From Azolla caroliniana (lineage: Eukaryota > Plantae > Polypodiophyta): a stretch of 64,000 bases of DNA. The notes beneath the pieces were generated by a model, which was not told the DNA's origin, did not search any database, and saw nothing but the letters and a program-made list of their open reading frames with translations. The stretch lies in the NCBI GenBank assembly GCA_043228905.1, contig JBHGNT010000002.1:11718001-11782000 (forward strand), given 5' to 3'. A program made the translations under genes and the position numbers. Within the stretch, counting starts at the first letter, position 1. Every line of letters starts with the position of its first letter. Below are positions 49,301 to 63,400 of the stretch, piece by piece.

Positions 49301-52205
49301 TCTTCAAGATCTCCTTGAAGGAAGGCATTCTTCACATCCATCTGATGAAGATGCCACCCCCTTGCCGCAACAACCGCCAGTACCACACGAACCGTCGTCA
49401 TCTTCGCTACAGGAGCGAAGGTCTCGTCGTAGTCGATTCCGTGGGTCTGCGCATATCCCTTTGCCACTAACCGGGCCTTGTACAGGTTAATTGTATCGTC
49501 GGCATTGTACTTTACCTTGTACACCCACTTGCATCCGATCGGTTTACAGTGACGGGGAGGGTCAACCAGATCCCAAGTTTCGTTGCGATCCAGTACCCGC
49601 ATTTCTTCCTTCATAGCGGCACACCAATTTGCGTCCTTTGCCGCTTCTGCGTAGCTCTCCGGCTCACGCACTTCCGCGACCTTGGTCATGTACACATAAT
49701 GATGTGCCATGTACTCGTTATACCCGTACCGTTTAACGGGATCCTTCTGGCGGGTGGACCGGCGTAACTCACCGTTACCCGGTATGAGACCCTTCTTGGC
49801 CGGTTCGGTCTTCGTTCCCGAAGATTTGCCTATGTCCTTGTCGAAGTCAAATACGCATCGATCCGACTCATCATTGCCGGTCTCAAATTCCAGCATCTTC
49901 TGCTTCCCTTTCTCTTTGCATGTGAACCATCTCCTCGGTTCCTTGCGCGGGGAGAGCACGACAGAGTCCCCACTACTCGTCGTGTCATCATCCGACTGGT
50001 TGGACTGATCCAGTCTCTCATTCGGTCCCCTTAATCGGAATGATTCCGGACTCTCATCTTGAGTCCCGGCTTCATCTTTCTCTACCTAGGCCGGTTCAGG
50101 CTCACTAGCCCCATCCTCTGACATCGGGTCGGGATCGGAAGTCAGAGTTGGTAAGGAATACCACGATGTTGATTCATCAAACTCGACATCTTGGCTGACT
50201 CGGACCTGCTTCGTCCGGGGGTTATAACACTTATAGCCCTTTTGCTCTTGAGCATAGCCGACTAGGATGCATTTTTCCGATATCTGACTCGACCTTCTGT
50301 CCTTTGGCGAATAGTGCGGTGCCAACATCATTGGTGTTGAGGATAAACATCCTCCCATCTCTGCGCCCTTGCGCAATAACTTCGCCCTTATCCTCAATGA
50401 AGCACCCGAGGTGCGTAAACCGCACATGCATCCCCTGGTCGACGATCTGTCCGACCGACACCAGGTTCTTCGTGATCGTCGGAACATGTAATACATTCAT
50501 CAGCTTCCCCCTCTATCCGACGTGGCTCAAAGGGACCTCTCCGACGTGCACGATCGGGTGGGGAGTGTTGTCTCCGGTTTCGACAACTCCCGGTTGATCC
50601 GGCTTCTCCAAAAAGGAGAACCACTCACTGTGGCTCATCATGTGGTTCGATGCGCCAGAGTCAACATACCACACTTCCTCCGATTTGGAAGTGGTCTTCT
50701 TCATTGAGTTTGCCTTGTGCTTCATCACCAAGGCTGGCCCCTTACCGTTCTTGGATCCTCCTTATCTGTTTGCGTAGTGCGAGCTTTGTCGGCCTTCCTT
50801 ACTGGTCTTGCCGGATCCGGATTTGTCCGAATCGGCACGCTTTCTCCAGCACTCGCTTTCCCTGTGGCCCTTTTTGCCACAGTACCAGCATTCCGTAACG
50901 GATTTGTCTTGCCGGCCTCCAACACCACCTTGACTCCCTGTGCTTGTGGAAGTCTCGGAACTGTTGTCGGCACGCTCATTGTGCCTTCGTTCCTGCTCTT
51001 GTCGGCCGCCTCCATTGCGTGCCGACCTGCCTCGTCCACCACGCCCGCGGGACCGATCCGCTCTCGTGTACAGCATCCGGTTGTCTGGGGATGCACTGGT
51101 AGATGCACCGGCGTGGTTCTCCTCTACAAGGAGCATCGACTGTAAGTCGAAAAATGAGAGCGTATTCTCCCTTGTACAAACCGCAGTCCGGAAAGCTCCG
51201 AACTTGGACGCCAAGCCTCCAAGACAGACCTACACCATCTCGTCTTCCTCTATAGTGACGTTAATAGAGGCAAGCGAATCACAAATCCCTTTGATCCGGG
51301 CTGTGTAATCTGCCACCGACATGTTCTTCTGTCGAACATTGCTCAACTCCTGTTAGAGTTGCAGCTTCCGAGCAGTGGCGCTTGCAGCGAAAACCTTTTT
51401 CAAGTTTCCCCAAGCATCCTTCGGTGTGTTGGCGTCACGGATATGGCTGAGCAGCTGGTCACCAACACTGGACGCGAAGCAGTACATCACCCTACTTGCC
51501 GCCTGTTCCCACACTGGGAAGTCCTTGTGTGTCGTCTCCGGTCCTGAGTCGTTCACTCCGTCGACATAACTCCAGTAGCCATGCCCAAGCAAGTACTGGT
51601 GCATTTTGTATGACCAAGATGCGTAGTTGGTTCTATCAAGCTTCTCCACCGAGAGCGACGTAGCCATACCTCTGTCCATTTCTCCTTTTTGTGTCTGCTT
51701 TCCGATCTGTTAGGGTTTCCTTCACAAGCATAGATGTCTGCAACAAAGGTTCTCAACCCACGCGCTCTGATACCATGTGAAAGATTGCTTGCGGAAGCGT
51801 TAGAAAGAACAATACACAGAGAGAGAGAGAGAGTACGCGGGAGAGACAAAGAGAGAGAGAGAGAGAGCAAGACACACTATTTTTCAAAATTATATGAATA
51901 CTCTGTGCTTTGTATCTACAACGCGCTCATCAGCGCTATTTATACAAGTCCACACAGGACTGTTAGAAGTACGGTGTACTTCAATGCTCACACGAGCATC
52001 TGACACTAACTACGAGACTATAACTGCCTAGTAGTCTAACCTATACTAGGCTTCCGGTTACGGATTGGATCCGGCATACTGGCTCCCCAGCTCACCGGTC
52101 CTTACTACTTACCGGCTCGGTTGCTCACCGGCATACCGATTCATCTCGCTTACCGGCTCAGGTTTATTCAGCCGATCCGGCTTCGGTTGAGCTTGCCGCT
52201 CAACA
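46301..52205 (-). mobile_element. Element I: D-family copia with the integrase core deleted
   Basis: LTRs 46301-46702 and 51776-52205. TSD AATAG/AATAG. iMet PBS at 51764-51775. Deletion junction near 50277 (ESDI joined to EKCILVGY). Confidence 0.94.
48470..49152 (+). mobile_element. Solo LTR of the B/C copia family inside the RT of element I
   Basis: TGTTGGGAGAC...CCCGTCA. TSD AAACC/AAACC. About 3 copies of the 54-bp unit. Confidence 0.93.
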
Positions 52206-52425
52206 AATAGTTACAAAAGGGCATATACATAGGGGTGCAAGCCCCCTTGGCCATTCACACTAATCACTCACTCACACCTCTTCTTATCTATCCACATGCG
52301 CACACATGTGCATGTGTACACATACGTATCTAGTCACACGCATAATTACACTTACACATACACATTAACCCTTTACTCTTTCACCCGCGTTACACTCAAC
52401 TCTTCGTACATCTCGTACGGTAACA

Positions 52426-52888
52426 ATGTTGGTTGAAACTACACTTCTCCAATTTTGCATAGAGACCATATTCACGCAACCGTTGCAAAGCTTGTCGAAT
52501 GTGTATATCATGCCCCTCCTGAGTTTTTTAGTAGATCAAGATATCATCTAGGTAAACTATGACGAAAATATTGAGGAAACCTCGAAAAATGTCATTCGCC
52601 ATATGTTGGAAAACTGTTGGTGCATTCGTGAGACCAAATGGCATTAGTGTATACTCAAAATGGCCATAACGAGTATGAAAAGTAGTCTTCCATTCATCCC
52701 CAGGACGAATTCAAACAAGGTTGTAAGCACTTGGAAGATCTAACTATGTGAAATATTTAGCTCCGCTGAGGCGTTCCAAAAGGCTTGAGATCAATGGTAG
52801 AGCATATCGATTTCGAATAGTTAATTTATTCAATCCCCGATAATCCACGACCAGACGAAGCGAACCATCTTTCTTCTTAACAAAAAAT
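52426..52888 (-). pseudogene. Degraded Tcn1-like gypsy RT fragment, host of H and K
   Basis: [33 protein letters not shown]...YGLYAKLEKC with stops. Confidence 0.85.
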
Positions 52889-55800
52889 TGTTGGGAAATC
52901 GGTCCCTCCGGATGGGATCCGGTTATAAATGGAGAGGACCCGGTGAGAAGCAGAAGAGAAGACATATTTGTAAATATGTTTTGAGTAAGCCTATTGAGGC
53001 TATATTTGTAAATAGCCCTAAGTTCATATAAGTATAAATATGACTTAGGGCAATCACTTTAGGTGTGTTTTGATAGTGTTGTTGTCATATTGTTGTATGT
53101 ATAACTGTTGTATAGAGTGAGTGGCAGAGAGAGACAGTGAGTGAGTGAGTGAGTGAGTGAGTGAGTGAGATACAGAACGGATTCTGTTGTAACCGCCGCT
53201 TGGTGAAGAAACAGAGCTCGACGTCGTTGCCTCCGAGTCTCTGATTGTACCTTTCTCATATAGTGTTAGTTCGGAGTCTGTGGGCTCCCGTGGTTTTTCC
53301 CTATTAGGGTTTTCCACGTAAACATCTTGTGTACTCTCTATCGACTCGTGTGTGTGCGAGTATTCATCTCTATTCCCATTTCTGTGTTTTTTATCCTTAA
53401 ACAAAGTGATTTAAAGACTCGGTTGTGGATGAGCAGTATTCCACGCTATTCTTCACAAATTGGTATCAAAGCGAACAACACAGGAAATGGAAGAATCGTC
53501 TGGCGGCATGTTCAAGCTCACCGGCTCCAACTACTCAGTGTGGAAGTCGAAGATGTGGGATATGTTGGTGGTCAAAGATCTTTGATTGCCGGTTCAGTTT
53601 GGGGACAAGAGACCGGATAAGATCGACGCCACAATGTGGGAGGTGATGCACATGAAGACGATGGCATACATCCGGTGCTTCATCGACATGAGCCTGTACA
53701 ACAACTTCAATGAAGAGAGCAAGGCTCATGCACTTTGGGAGAAGATCGACATCATGTTCCAGAACAAGAATGCCATTAATGGGGTTTCGGTATTCCGGAA
53801 GCTAGTGAGGTTCCGGTACCAGGACGGCTCCAGTATGGCAGAGCACATGAATGCCTTCCAGGGGCTAATACACCAAGCAACCTCATTGGAAGTACCTCTC
53901 GCCGATGAGGTACTCGCATTACTCTTGCTCGGTTCCCTCCGGGATAATTGGCAGACGCTAGTTGTCACGTTGGGCAACGCCGGGCCAGAAGGAAAACTGT
54001 TGTCCCTAGCAAGAGTCAAGTCAAGCCTGCTAGATGAAGAAGCTCGCCGGAAGGACCAAGAGTCTGGAACCAATCCGAAGGCCTTGGTTATGGAAGATGA
54101 CCAGAACCAGGGAAGAGGCCAGTATCGGAGTTCCCAAAACCGGGACAAATCGAGGACGAGGTCGAAGTCAAGGGGGAGGCCTACTTGCTTCTACTATGGG
54201 AAGCCAGGGCACTTCTAGAAGAACTGTCGGCATTTCCAGAAAGTGAAAGAAACCGGCGCCACCGATTCGAAGAAGATTTTGGATCAAAACGGTTCAGACC
54301 GGAGAGGCCCAGATTAGAAAGGAACGTCAGCGATCGCGACAAGTGAAGAAGAACTAATGCTCATTAGCGAGGAGAATGAGTTAAACCTTGTCGGCGACGA
54401 GACAACGTGGGTTGTCGATTTCGGAGCGTCGTTCCATCTGACACTGGACCGGAAATGCTTCTCATCCTACACAATCGGTGATCATGGTTGTGTCTGGATG
54501 GGGAATGAAGGTACATGCCGAATCGTCGGCATAGGAGATGTGTTGTTGACGACACCAACCGGATGCAAGTTGCTGCTAAAGGATGTCTGACACGTTCCGG
54601 AGGTTCGACTGAACCTGATATCAGCCGATCAGCTAGATGATGACGGTTACACGAGTAGCATCCGGAACAGAGTTATGAAGTTCAACAAAGGGAGCCTAAT
54701 AGTGGCACGAGCCCGAAAGGTCAACACATTGTATCTAAATCATGCCCGGATATGCCGAGAAGAAGTGAACATAGCATTCGACACTGTTGGTGAGTTGTGG
54801 CACAAGAGGTTCTGTCACATGAGTGAGAAGGGGATGAAGAGGCTTGCCGAAGACAATCTTATTACGGTGAAGGACATGCAACTTGAGAAGTGCACCATTT
54901 TCTTGGCCGGCAAACACCACTGAAGATGAAGGATCAAGTGTTATATGTCTTCAAGGAGCTCCACGCGAGAGTGGAAAGAGAAACCGTCCAGAATCTAAAG
55001 GCGGTTCAAGTAGATAAAGAAGGAGAATACCGGGGGCAGTTCGAGGAGTACTGCCGGTCGAAGGGAATCCGGCTCGAATTTACCATGCCGAAAACGCCGG
55101 AACTAAATGGGTTGGCCAAAAGGATGAACCGGACCATAATGGAGAGAGTCTGGAGCATGCTCGCATATGCCAAGTTACCCCAGACGTTTTGGGCTGAGGC
55201 GTTGACGACGGCGACCTATGTGATAAACAGATCACCCTTAGTACCCTTGGAAGGAGACTCACCTCAGAAGTATGGACCGGTAAAGATGTATCTTACCAGC
55301 ATCTAAAGGTGTCTGGGTGTCTTGCATACATGCATGTGGCGAAGGACAAGAGAGCAAAGCTGGATCCGAAGTCCTGGCCATGCATATTCCTTGGTACGGT
55401 GATGATGAGTTTGGTTACCGAGTGTGGGATTTGGTCGACAAGAAGGTGTTCTAGAGTCGGGACATAGTCTTCATGGAAGACAGGACCATTGCCGACTGGG
55501 AGTCGCAGAAGAAGGTGATGAACTCTAGATCATCCAATGAAAACCGGCTTGAGGACACATGGACTTACCCGGTTGAAAACCAGATGTTAGCCGATAACTG
55601 GGTGACACTCGACGAACCAGCCGGATACGGACAAGACACTGAACCGATCGACGAAGAAGAAGAAGAAGACATCAGAACTGGACAAGATCCTGAATCGGAT
55701 TCAGATTCAGAACAAACGGAGGACCCGGTGGTCAGAAACCAGGGACGAATATATCCTCTCCAAGAGAGAAGAGCCCCCCGAGATTTCCGTATGCAGAGCA

Positions 55801-57484
55801 TGTGTTGCTAACCGATGAGGGGGAGCCGGAAAGCTTCAAAGAAGCAAAGAGAGACACCCACAACTGCAAGTGGTTGAGTGCCATGCAGGACGAGATAGAT
55901 TCCCTGCATGAGAACCACACGTATGAATTGATGGAGTTGCCGAAATGGAAGAGAGCACTCCCTCCGGAACAAGTGAGTGTACAAGCTGAAACTGGGAGAC
56001 GCTGGAAATCCACCAACATACAAAGCCCGTATCGTGGTGAAGGGATTCTAGCACAAGAAAGGAGTGAACTTCGATGAGATCTTTGCCCTAGTAGTAAAAA
56101 TGACATCCATCTGTACGGTATTGAGCATAGCGACAAGCATGGACCTCGAGGTAGAGCAACTAGACATCAAGACGGCATTCCTACGTGGCGACCTTGAAGA
56201 AGACATCTACATGCATCAACCGGAAGGATTTGAGAAGAAAGGGAAGGAGCACCTAGTGTGCCAGCTGAAGAAGAGTTTATACGTATTGAAGCAAGCCCCC
56301 CGGCAATGGTATTGATAGTTCAATTCCTTCATGACCGACCAAGGGTACCACAAGATGCAGGCCGATCACTGCGTGTTTGTGAAGATATTTGACGGAGGAG
56401 ATTACCTGATACTTCTCCTATATGTGGATGATATGTTGATCGTCAGACGAGACCAAAACAAGATTCAGATGTTGAAGAAGGCTCTGAACCGGACTTTCTC
56501 AATGAAAGACTTGGGTTCGGCAAGACAGATATTGGGAATGCACATCATCCAGAACCGATCGAAGAAGCTATTGTGGTTGTCACGGCAGAGGTATGTGACA
56601 AAGGTGCTCCAACGGTTCAATATGTCGGAGGAGAAACCGGTTGGATCGACACTTCCGGCAAACTGCAAACTATCCGGAAAACAAAGCCCGAGGACAAAGG
56701 CGGAGAAGACGGATATGATGAAGACTCCATATGGCTCTGTCATCGGAAGTTTGATGTACGCAATGGAATGTACCCGGCCGGATATCGGATATGCAGTCGG
56801 CGTGGTGCGCCGGTTCATGAGCAATCCCGGAAGAGAGCACTGGAACGCGATCAAGTGGATACTCCAGTATTTGAAAGGCACCTCGAGTATGTGCCTCCGG
56901 TTCGGCTCCGTTAATCCCCAACTTGACGGATTCACCGATTCGGATATGTCGGCTAATGCGGATACCAGTTGATCTACATCCGGATATGTCATGACTTATG
57001 CAGGGGGAGCAGTTTCGTGGCAGTCAAGGCTGCAGAAGACGGTTGCATTGTCAACCACGGAAGTGGAGTACATGGCAGTTGTAGAAGCCAACAAGGAGAT
57101 AATATGGATGAAGGACTTCATCAGAGAGCTACAGATCCAACAGAAGGAATATCGGCTCTACTACGACAGTCAAAGTGTCATCCATCTTGCAAGGAATGCG
57201 GCCTACCATTCTCAGACGAAACATATCCAGCGGAGGTACCACTAGATCCGGGAGAGAGTAGAAGATCAAGAGTTCGTGCTAACGAAGATCCACATTGAGG
57301 AGAATGAGTTGGATATGCTGACCAAGGTGTTGACAACCCACAAGTTGGACGCGTGTCAAAAGCAAATCGGGCTAGCGAGACATCCCATGCCGGAGTGAAG
57401 GGGGACATTGTTGGGAAATCAGTCCCTCCGGATGGGATCCGGTTATAAATGGAGATGACCCGGTGAGAACCGAAAGAGATCCGG
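52889..57484 (+). mobile_element. Element K: copia related to the B family; its 3' LTR is interrupted by J
   Basis: 5' LTR 52889-53457; PBS TGGTATCAAAGC at 53461-53472. Gag-pol fragments at 53488-57398, with an internal deletion near 54915. 3' LTR starts at 57409. Confidence 0.92.
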
Positions 57485-60400
57485 TGTCGTGTTGTTACGC
57501 TCTCGCGTATGAAATAAGGTGAGACCGCGGAGGCCCTGAACCGAGGAGCGTGAGAGAGAAGAGGGAGAGAGATTCGCAGAAATGCAAAGAGACAGAAACG
57601 AAAGAATCAATTCCAATAACAGTATAGATTACAGAGCTTGCAATGTTACAACCAGCAAGTTGGTGATAGACTCAGCATAGTCGAACACACACGCTGAAAT
57701 ACGCAGTGGAGCCTCTACCGGAAGCACACGAGCTTTCACACAGTAGAGGCAACCAACCTAACCCAAATCCCTACAGAAGCAACAGCGATAGTGGAGGAGA
57801 GAGCTCGTTCCCAGTTCGACAGCACTTTGGCCTCAAAAATGCGCGATTCCTGTATCAGTCTTCTCCCCTCCCTTTTATAGGCCGTCGGGGAAGACCGTTA
57901 CACCCTCGGTTACATACATTTATCCTCTGTCCCGTCGGACAGAGATACGCTTGGATTCCCTAGACAATTAACGCGCACTACCTAGTATATTTACATCAGT
58001 TGAATCAGACCTAGTTATGTAAATAGTGCAACCACACGCAAGGGTCGGTTCCTGCGTCTTTTCTCCTGTTTCCTCCTATGGCCAGTTTTCTCCACGACAT
58101 CCACCCCCACTAAACCGCGCATCCACCGGTATGCACTAGAGAGGAAAAGTTACTAGAGAAACTGGCTCGCTTCTACTCGTCGCTCCCCGATCCTTCGTCC
58201 GCGCCGAACCGATCGTCATCGTCGTCCTCGCTCCCCAGGTCCGGCTCGTCCTTGTGCCGCTTCTTGAACACCTTGATCCGCTTCCCGGCTCCCGGTAGTG
58301 TTAACCGCGTCCCGTCGAGGTCAGCAAGATGGTAGGTGTCATTGGGGCCCAAACCACCTCCTCGCGAATTTGCGCGTCGCTTTGTGCTAGTTGTCGAGGC
58401 TGTTGTCGTACACGAGTACCCAGTCGCCTTCTTCGATCTTCTTTGGCCGCAACCGGTGTGTTCGGTCGAACTGGCCTTTGTTCCTCTCCCTCGCCGTTTG
58501 CAGCTTCGCCTTTGCCCGCTCCACGTCCTTTGGTCTTCACTCGAGCTGTCGAATCCGCGCCGCCACAGCTCTTCCCGGCTCATCTTGTTCCTCCAATCTA
58601 TCGCCGCCCACGAGGAAATTGTTCGTTCCACAGGCATGACCAGTTTCTGGCCGTACATCAGCTCTGTCGACACGTACCCGGTCACTGAACTATGCGTCGT
58701 CCGGTCTGCACATAGTGCATAAGGAAGGAGTCGTGGCCAATTCCCAACCTGTCCTCCGCATGCGCATACTAAAGCCTTCACGATCGGCCTGTGTCCGCGT
58801 TCTGCCTTTCTGTTCGCCTCCGGGTTGTACGTTGTAGTGAGAGAGAGCTTCACCCCCAACCTGTTCAATAACTCTTCGGCTTCTTGCACATCCAGCTCTC
58901 CCCGGTCAGCCATGATCTTCCCTACGCACCTATATCGGCATACCACCTCTTCGATCAGGAACCTGCATACAACCATTGTTGTCTTGTTCTGTAGTGCGCA
59001 ACCTTCCACCTAATTTGTTAAGTCCTCCCGCGCAAGCACCAGATACCGCATCTGTCCTACTCCCACTAGCATCATTACTAAGTCCACCATCCATTTCAAG
59101 TGGACGGTCGGCGGGTAAGTCGGGTGCAACTTGTCTCGATGCCGGATCGCGGAGTGCATCTGACAGCTCTCGCACGTCGTCACGAACCGGTGCACGCCCT
59201 GGTACAAGCCCAACCACCAATATTTCTCCTTCAGCTTCTCAAAGGTGCCCCATGTCCCCCAATGTCCGGCCCAAGGGCTCTCGTGGTACGCTGTCATTAG
59301 CGCCTCCTGTTCTTCCTTTCCCGTTACCACCCGGAGTGGAATGCCACCTCACTTCTTCGGGTGCTTCCATATGCTTCCGTCTCATAGGAAGAATCGGTAG
59401 GCCTTCTTTCGGATCCGGTTTACCTCGTCTTTAGTCCACGCCATGTCCGGCGTCATTGTCCTCAAGAACCTTCCAATCTAGAGCCACTCCCCGACATACT
59501 CGCTCTCGTTGAACTCGTTGAGCACCGGAGTGCTCCTGCCCTCGTCGTTATGCGAGCTGACTCGAAGAAGTCCTAACCAACTTTTTCATTCTCCAAAACC
59601 ATGCCATGCCATCTTCGTCGTCGAACCGTGCTCTTGAAAGCATATCGGCCATGGTGTTGTCTTTACCGAAGATGTGTCTTATCTCTAGATTTAGGGACTT
59701 GATGTACACAATCCACCTGAGCATTGCCAAATCCGGAGTCGCGCATTTGGAAACCATTCCGAGAATTGGTAGGCAATCTGTCTCGATTATTACTTCCGTC
59801 CCGATTAGATAGTCCTTGTCGACCTTGACTGCCGAAATGATACCCCATAGTTAACACTTGACTTGGGTGTATCCTCGCTGCCGCTCGCTCAATACCTTCG
59901 CCCCGAACCAGATCGGGAACCGCACGCCACTCTCGTCCTCTTGATTGATCACCCATCCGATCCCAGTCGGGCTTGTGTCTACAGTTACGTAGATGGGGAC
60001 CTCCATGCCAAAACCGCTTTTCGGAGAGTCGGTGCCGCAGTAAGCGCCTCCTTTAATCTTCGGACCAATTCCGTATGTTCCTTACTCCATTCGAATTTTC
60101 ACCCTTTCTTTAGCAACCCGTACAGCGGTTCCGCGACGTGTGCGTAGTGCGGGATCCAAATGTGATAGAACGCGCATGCCCCCAAGAACCTCCGCACCTC
60201 CGTAACCAACTTGCATTCTTCCTTCCTTGTGGAGATGGCATGTACCTTTGCCAGAGACGGTTTCCAGCCGTAGGGCCCGCATAGGTGACCAACCACAAAG
60301 ATCTCCGACTGCCCGAAAGACGACTTCACTCCAGAGAGGGTGAGCCGCGCACCCTCTAGTCTTTGCAGCACCTTCTAACAGTCGTAAATGTGGTACGCCA

Positions 60401-63400
60401 CGAATCTCCGACATCCGTCCGGCCCAACTGTTTCGTCCTTATCCTCCACCGGGCACCCCTTTATCGGTATATCATCCAGAAATGGCATGGTGATGTCCGA
60501 GATGCAGCCCCTCAGCACCTTGTTCATCGCATTCACCATGTGCGCCACTGAGTTTGTCCCTCCCTGCGGTAGGGTACACATCCGCACTAAGCCGAGAGGT
60601 GTCTGCATCGTCGTGACGTCCCTGCTCTCCTTGGCTAGTTGGATCTGGTCGTACCTTGCGTATAGATCCCCGACCGAATAGATCGACCTCCCGGTGAAGG
60701 CCTCTACAAACTCGTCGATCATCGGTCCGACTCCTGCGTTCCAAATGGTCACTTTATTGACCGGTTGCAGGTCCTGAATGAAGCGCAGCGTGCCATTCTT
60801 CTTCGGCACAATAAACCACCAATTCGAATACGGGGCACTCGATGGTTTGAGGATGCCCATCTCCACTTTCTGCTTCAACAACTCCATCAGTTTCGGGACG
60901 TCAGCTCTGGGTACCGGAATCGGTTTGAGATTCCACGGCACATGCGGCACTATGAATATCACCATCGGTTCTACGATCGTCGGGTTTACGCACCTGATCT
61001 CCTCCGGTGAGAATGCGAAAGCTTTCCCGTGCCTTCCGCGCATCCTCCAAAACCGGTCCTCCTCCACCGGCAGCAAGAAGCCACCCCCACTGATCTTGAG
61101 CTCCCGTAGCGTTATGTCGATGAACCGGTGTCCTATGGCAGCCGGATTCCGCAAACTTGGGTCGGGCGCGACCCCCTTTATTCGCCCCCCGCTGCCCTCC
61201 GGCAAGGGTGTCGCGACCAGCCTCACCTTCCGGTCCATAGTCTTGTACTTCGTATCTACGCGGGCCGTCCGATCAAACTCGACCCTTTCCCCAAAGTCAG
61301 TAATGACTTCGTGTATCTCCACAGAACTAACCGAAACCGTTTGGTCCTCCCTGAGGCCTTCTACGAACACCTTCTGAAGTTCCCCCAAGGTGTGGTCAAA
61401 AGAGACTGCCTCCACGGCACCGCTAATTTCTTCATCGGGGGCGAGAACTCCACACGTCCTGAGTCGTTCCTCCACCTGCTTCCTTTCCCGACCGCTAATT
61501 CCGGTTATAATACAACCTCCGTTATCAGAGAACCAAAATTTCCTTCCTATGGTAAATGTGTGGGGTTCCTCCATGGTGTCCAGACTATCGCGGCCCCACA
61601 CCTTGTAGCCCTCTCTAAAAATCCCCTCGGCTATCACCGTCGAGGGTCTCGCGATTACGCTCGTGGTTCGCCCGCACGGTCAGGAATTGAACGGAGCAAC
61701 GTCCGTCTTGGCTTTTGACGCATGCTTACGCCGAACCGTTGTCAAGCACTTTGGTCTCCATGCGCGCCATCGTGATGTATGGTTCGTTGAGAATCACCGG
61801 GTGTGAGGACGTCTCTTGCACGAAGAAGTGTTGGTCAATCTTGACATCCCCAATCTGCATGCTTACATTCAGGCACGCCCCGTGCAGTTCCTCCATAGCG
61901 CGCGTCGCCGCGCGTATCTTCCAATTGTGCTTGGTGTTGATGGGCCACTTCCCCTTTTTGTAGAAGTCCATGGACATCAGGTTGATCTCCGAGCCGTGGT
62001 CTATCAACGCCACCACCGGCTCCTGGATGTCGCCGATCTGAACAGGGGTCTCTATCGTGGCCCTAGCCCAGTGTAACTTCAAATAATGGCTTTCCGCCAA
62101 CTCGTCCTCTAGGGTCGTGTCTTCCAAGTGTGTCGTCCGCACCTCCACAGGCTTCTCCAGTTCCGGCTCTGTCAAGAGCCACTTCCTCTTCACCAAGTCC
62201 ACGACAAAATCGTGGAACTCCTTCTTTGCGATCTCAAGAACTTCCCATAACGACAACTCAACCTTACTGTCGAGAATCCGCTCCTCTAGGACCTTCCGTA
62301 GGTCCGTAGTTCTTTCAATCTCAGCGCTCAACCGGTAACCGGTTGGCTTGGGTTTGTCCGGTACGCCGGGATTGCTGGCATCGTCCTTCTTTGGGCCAAA
62401 CCGGGTCTCGTACCGTTGTGAAGGTCCAGCCCCTTTGCCCTTTCCCGCGTGCTTGTCCTCCACTAGAACCTCGTAGTTCTGGCATGCCGCCTCCACGAAT
62501 CCGGTCTTCTCCTCGACTGGGTCAAACCATCTAGTGACCTCCCGGACCCGTTGCTCTACGCGGTCCGCTTCCTCCTTCCGCAGCCTTATACTGGAGAGAC
62601 CTTCTAGCACCAGCGGCCAGAAACCGGAGTCTTTCGCTTTACGGCCTTCATCGCCCCCAACCTGGAATCCCGTCGATGCCAAGTAGTGGACAGTCTCTGC
62701 ATGTCGTGCCGCAGCTTCTTCCATCAATCGCCCCATTCCCTCGTGCCCCGTATTGAACTCCAAGGCCCTCCGAGTGTCGTTGGCGTGCACCCACCTGTTC
62801 CACAGGTACACCACATTGGTCCGGAGCGCCTCTGCAAAATCCGCGCACTCCTTCCAGATGTGACCAACCGAGTCACACCACATGCACCGCTGCCCTGCCG
62901 GAGGTCGCCGATTGTGCAATTGCTCCCCGCTGTCTCTCCGGGCCTGTGCGATCTGGAGATCACGCACCATCTGCGTCAGTTCTTCCAGAGCCGCTCCTCC
63001 AAACGGACCCTTGGGTGCGTCGGTTGAGGGTGAGCCTCTATCAAGCCAGTCTCGGGTTCCCTCCTTCCGTGCTGGCGAAAGTTCGTCGAACTTCCTTGCC
63101 AGGACAGGTCTAGCCGGCGACGAATCCTCGCCGCCCCACTCACGCCGTTTGTCAAAACGGGCGCAGACTCTTTTCACCACAGCCCAGTCAGTTGTCAACC
63201 CATCTTCTGTCTCCAGTAGGAGACCCACTTGCTCCCAATCCCGCACATCCACTGTTTTAACGAACAGTAGGACACGTCTCGTGTCTAGTACTGTCTTGTC
63301 CAGCGGCGAGAGCCGCACGAATCGTTCCTCAAACTCCCGGAGAAGTGCCGACACATTCCTACCTTTTCCGGGAGTCTCCACCCACTCCATGAAATCTCGC

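Larger units (their letters stand above)
42407..52425 (-). mobile_element. Element H: old 3'-truncated non-chromovirus gypsy whose 5' LTR (45790-52425) is split by copia I
   Basis: Gag remnants at 44117-44913 (CTTCLNPGHSTLEC) and protease IIDGGSHVNVI at 43047-43232. PBS TGGCGACCAC at about 45774-45783. The LTR ends ...GGTAACA at 52425, where an unrelated RT begins. Confidence 0.75.

Noticed and set aside
53137-53170. (GAGT)n and (GA)n microsatellites
   Set aside because: Ordinary simple repeats within LTRs.
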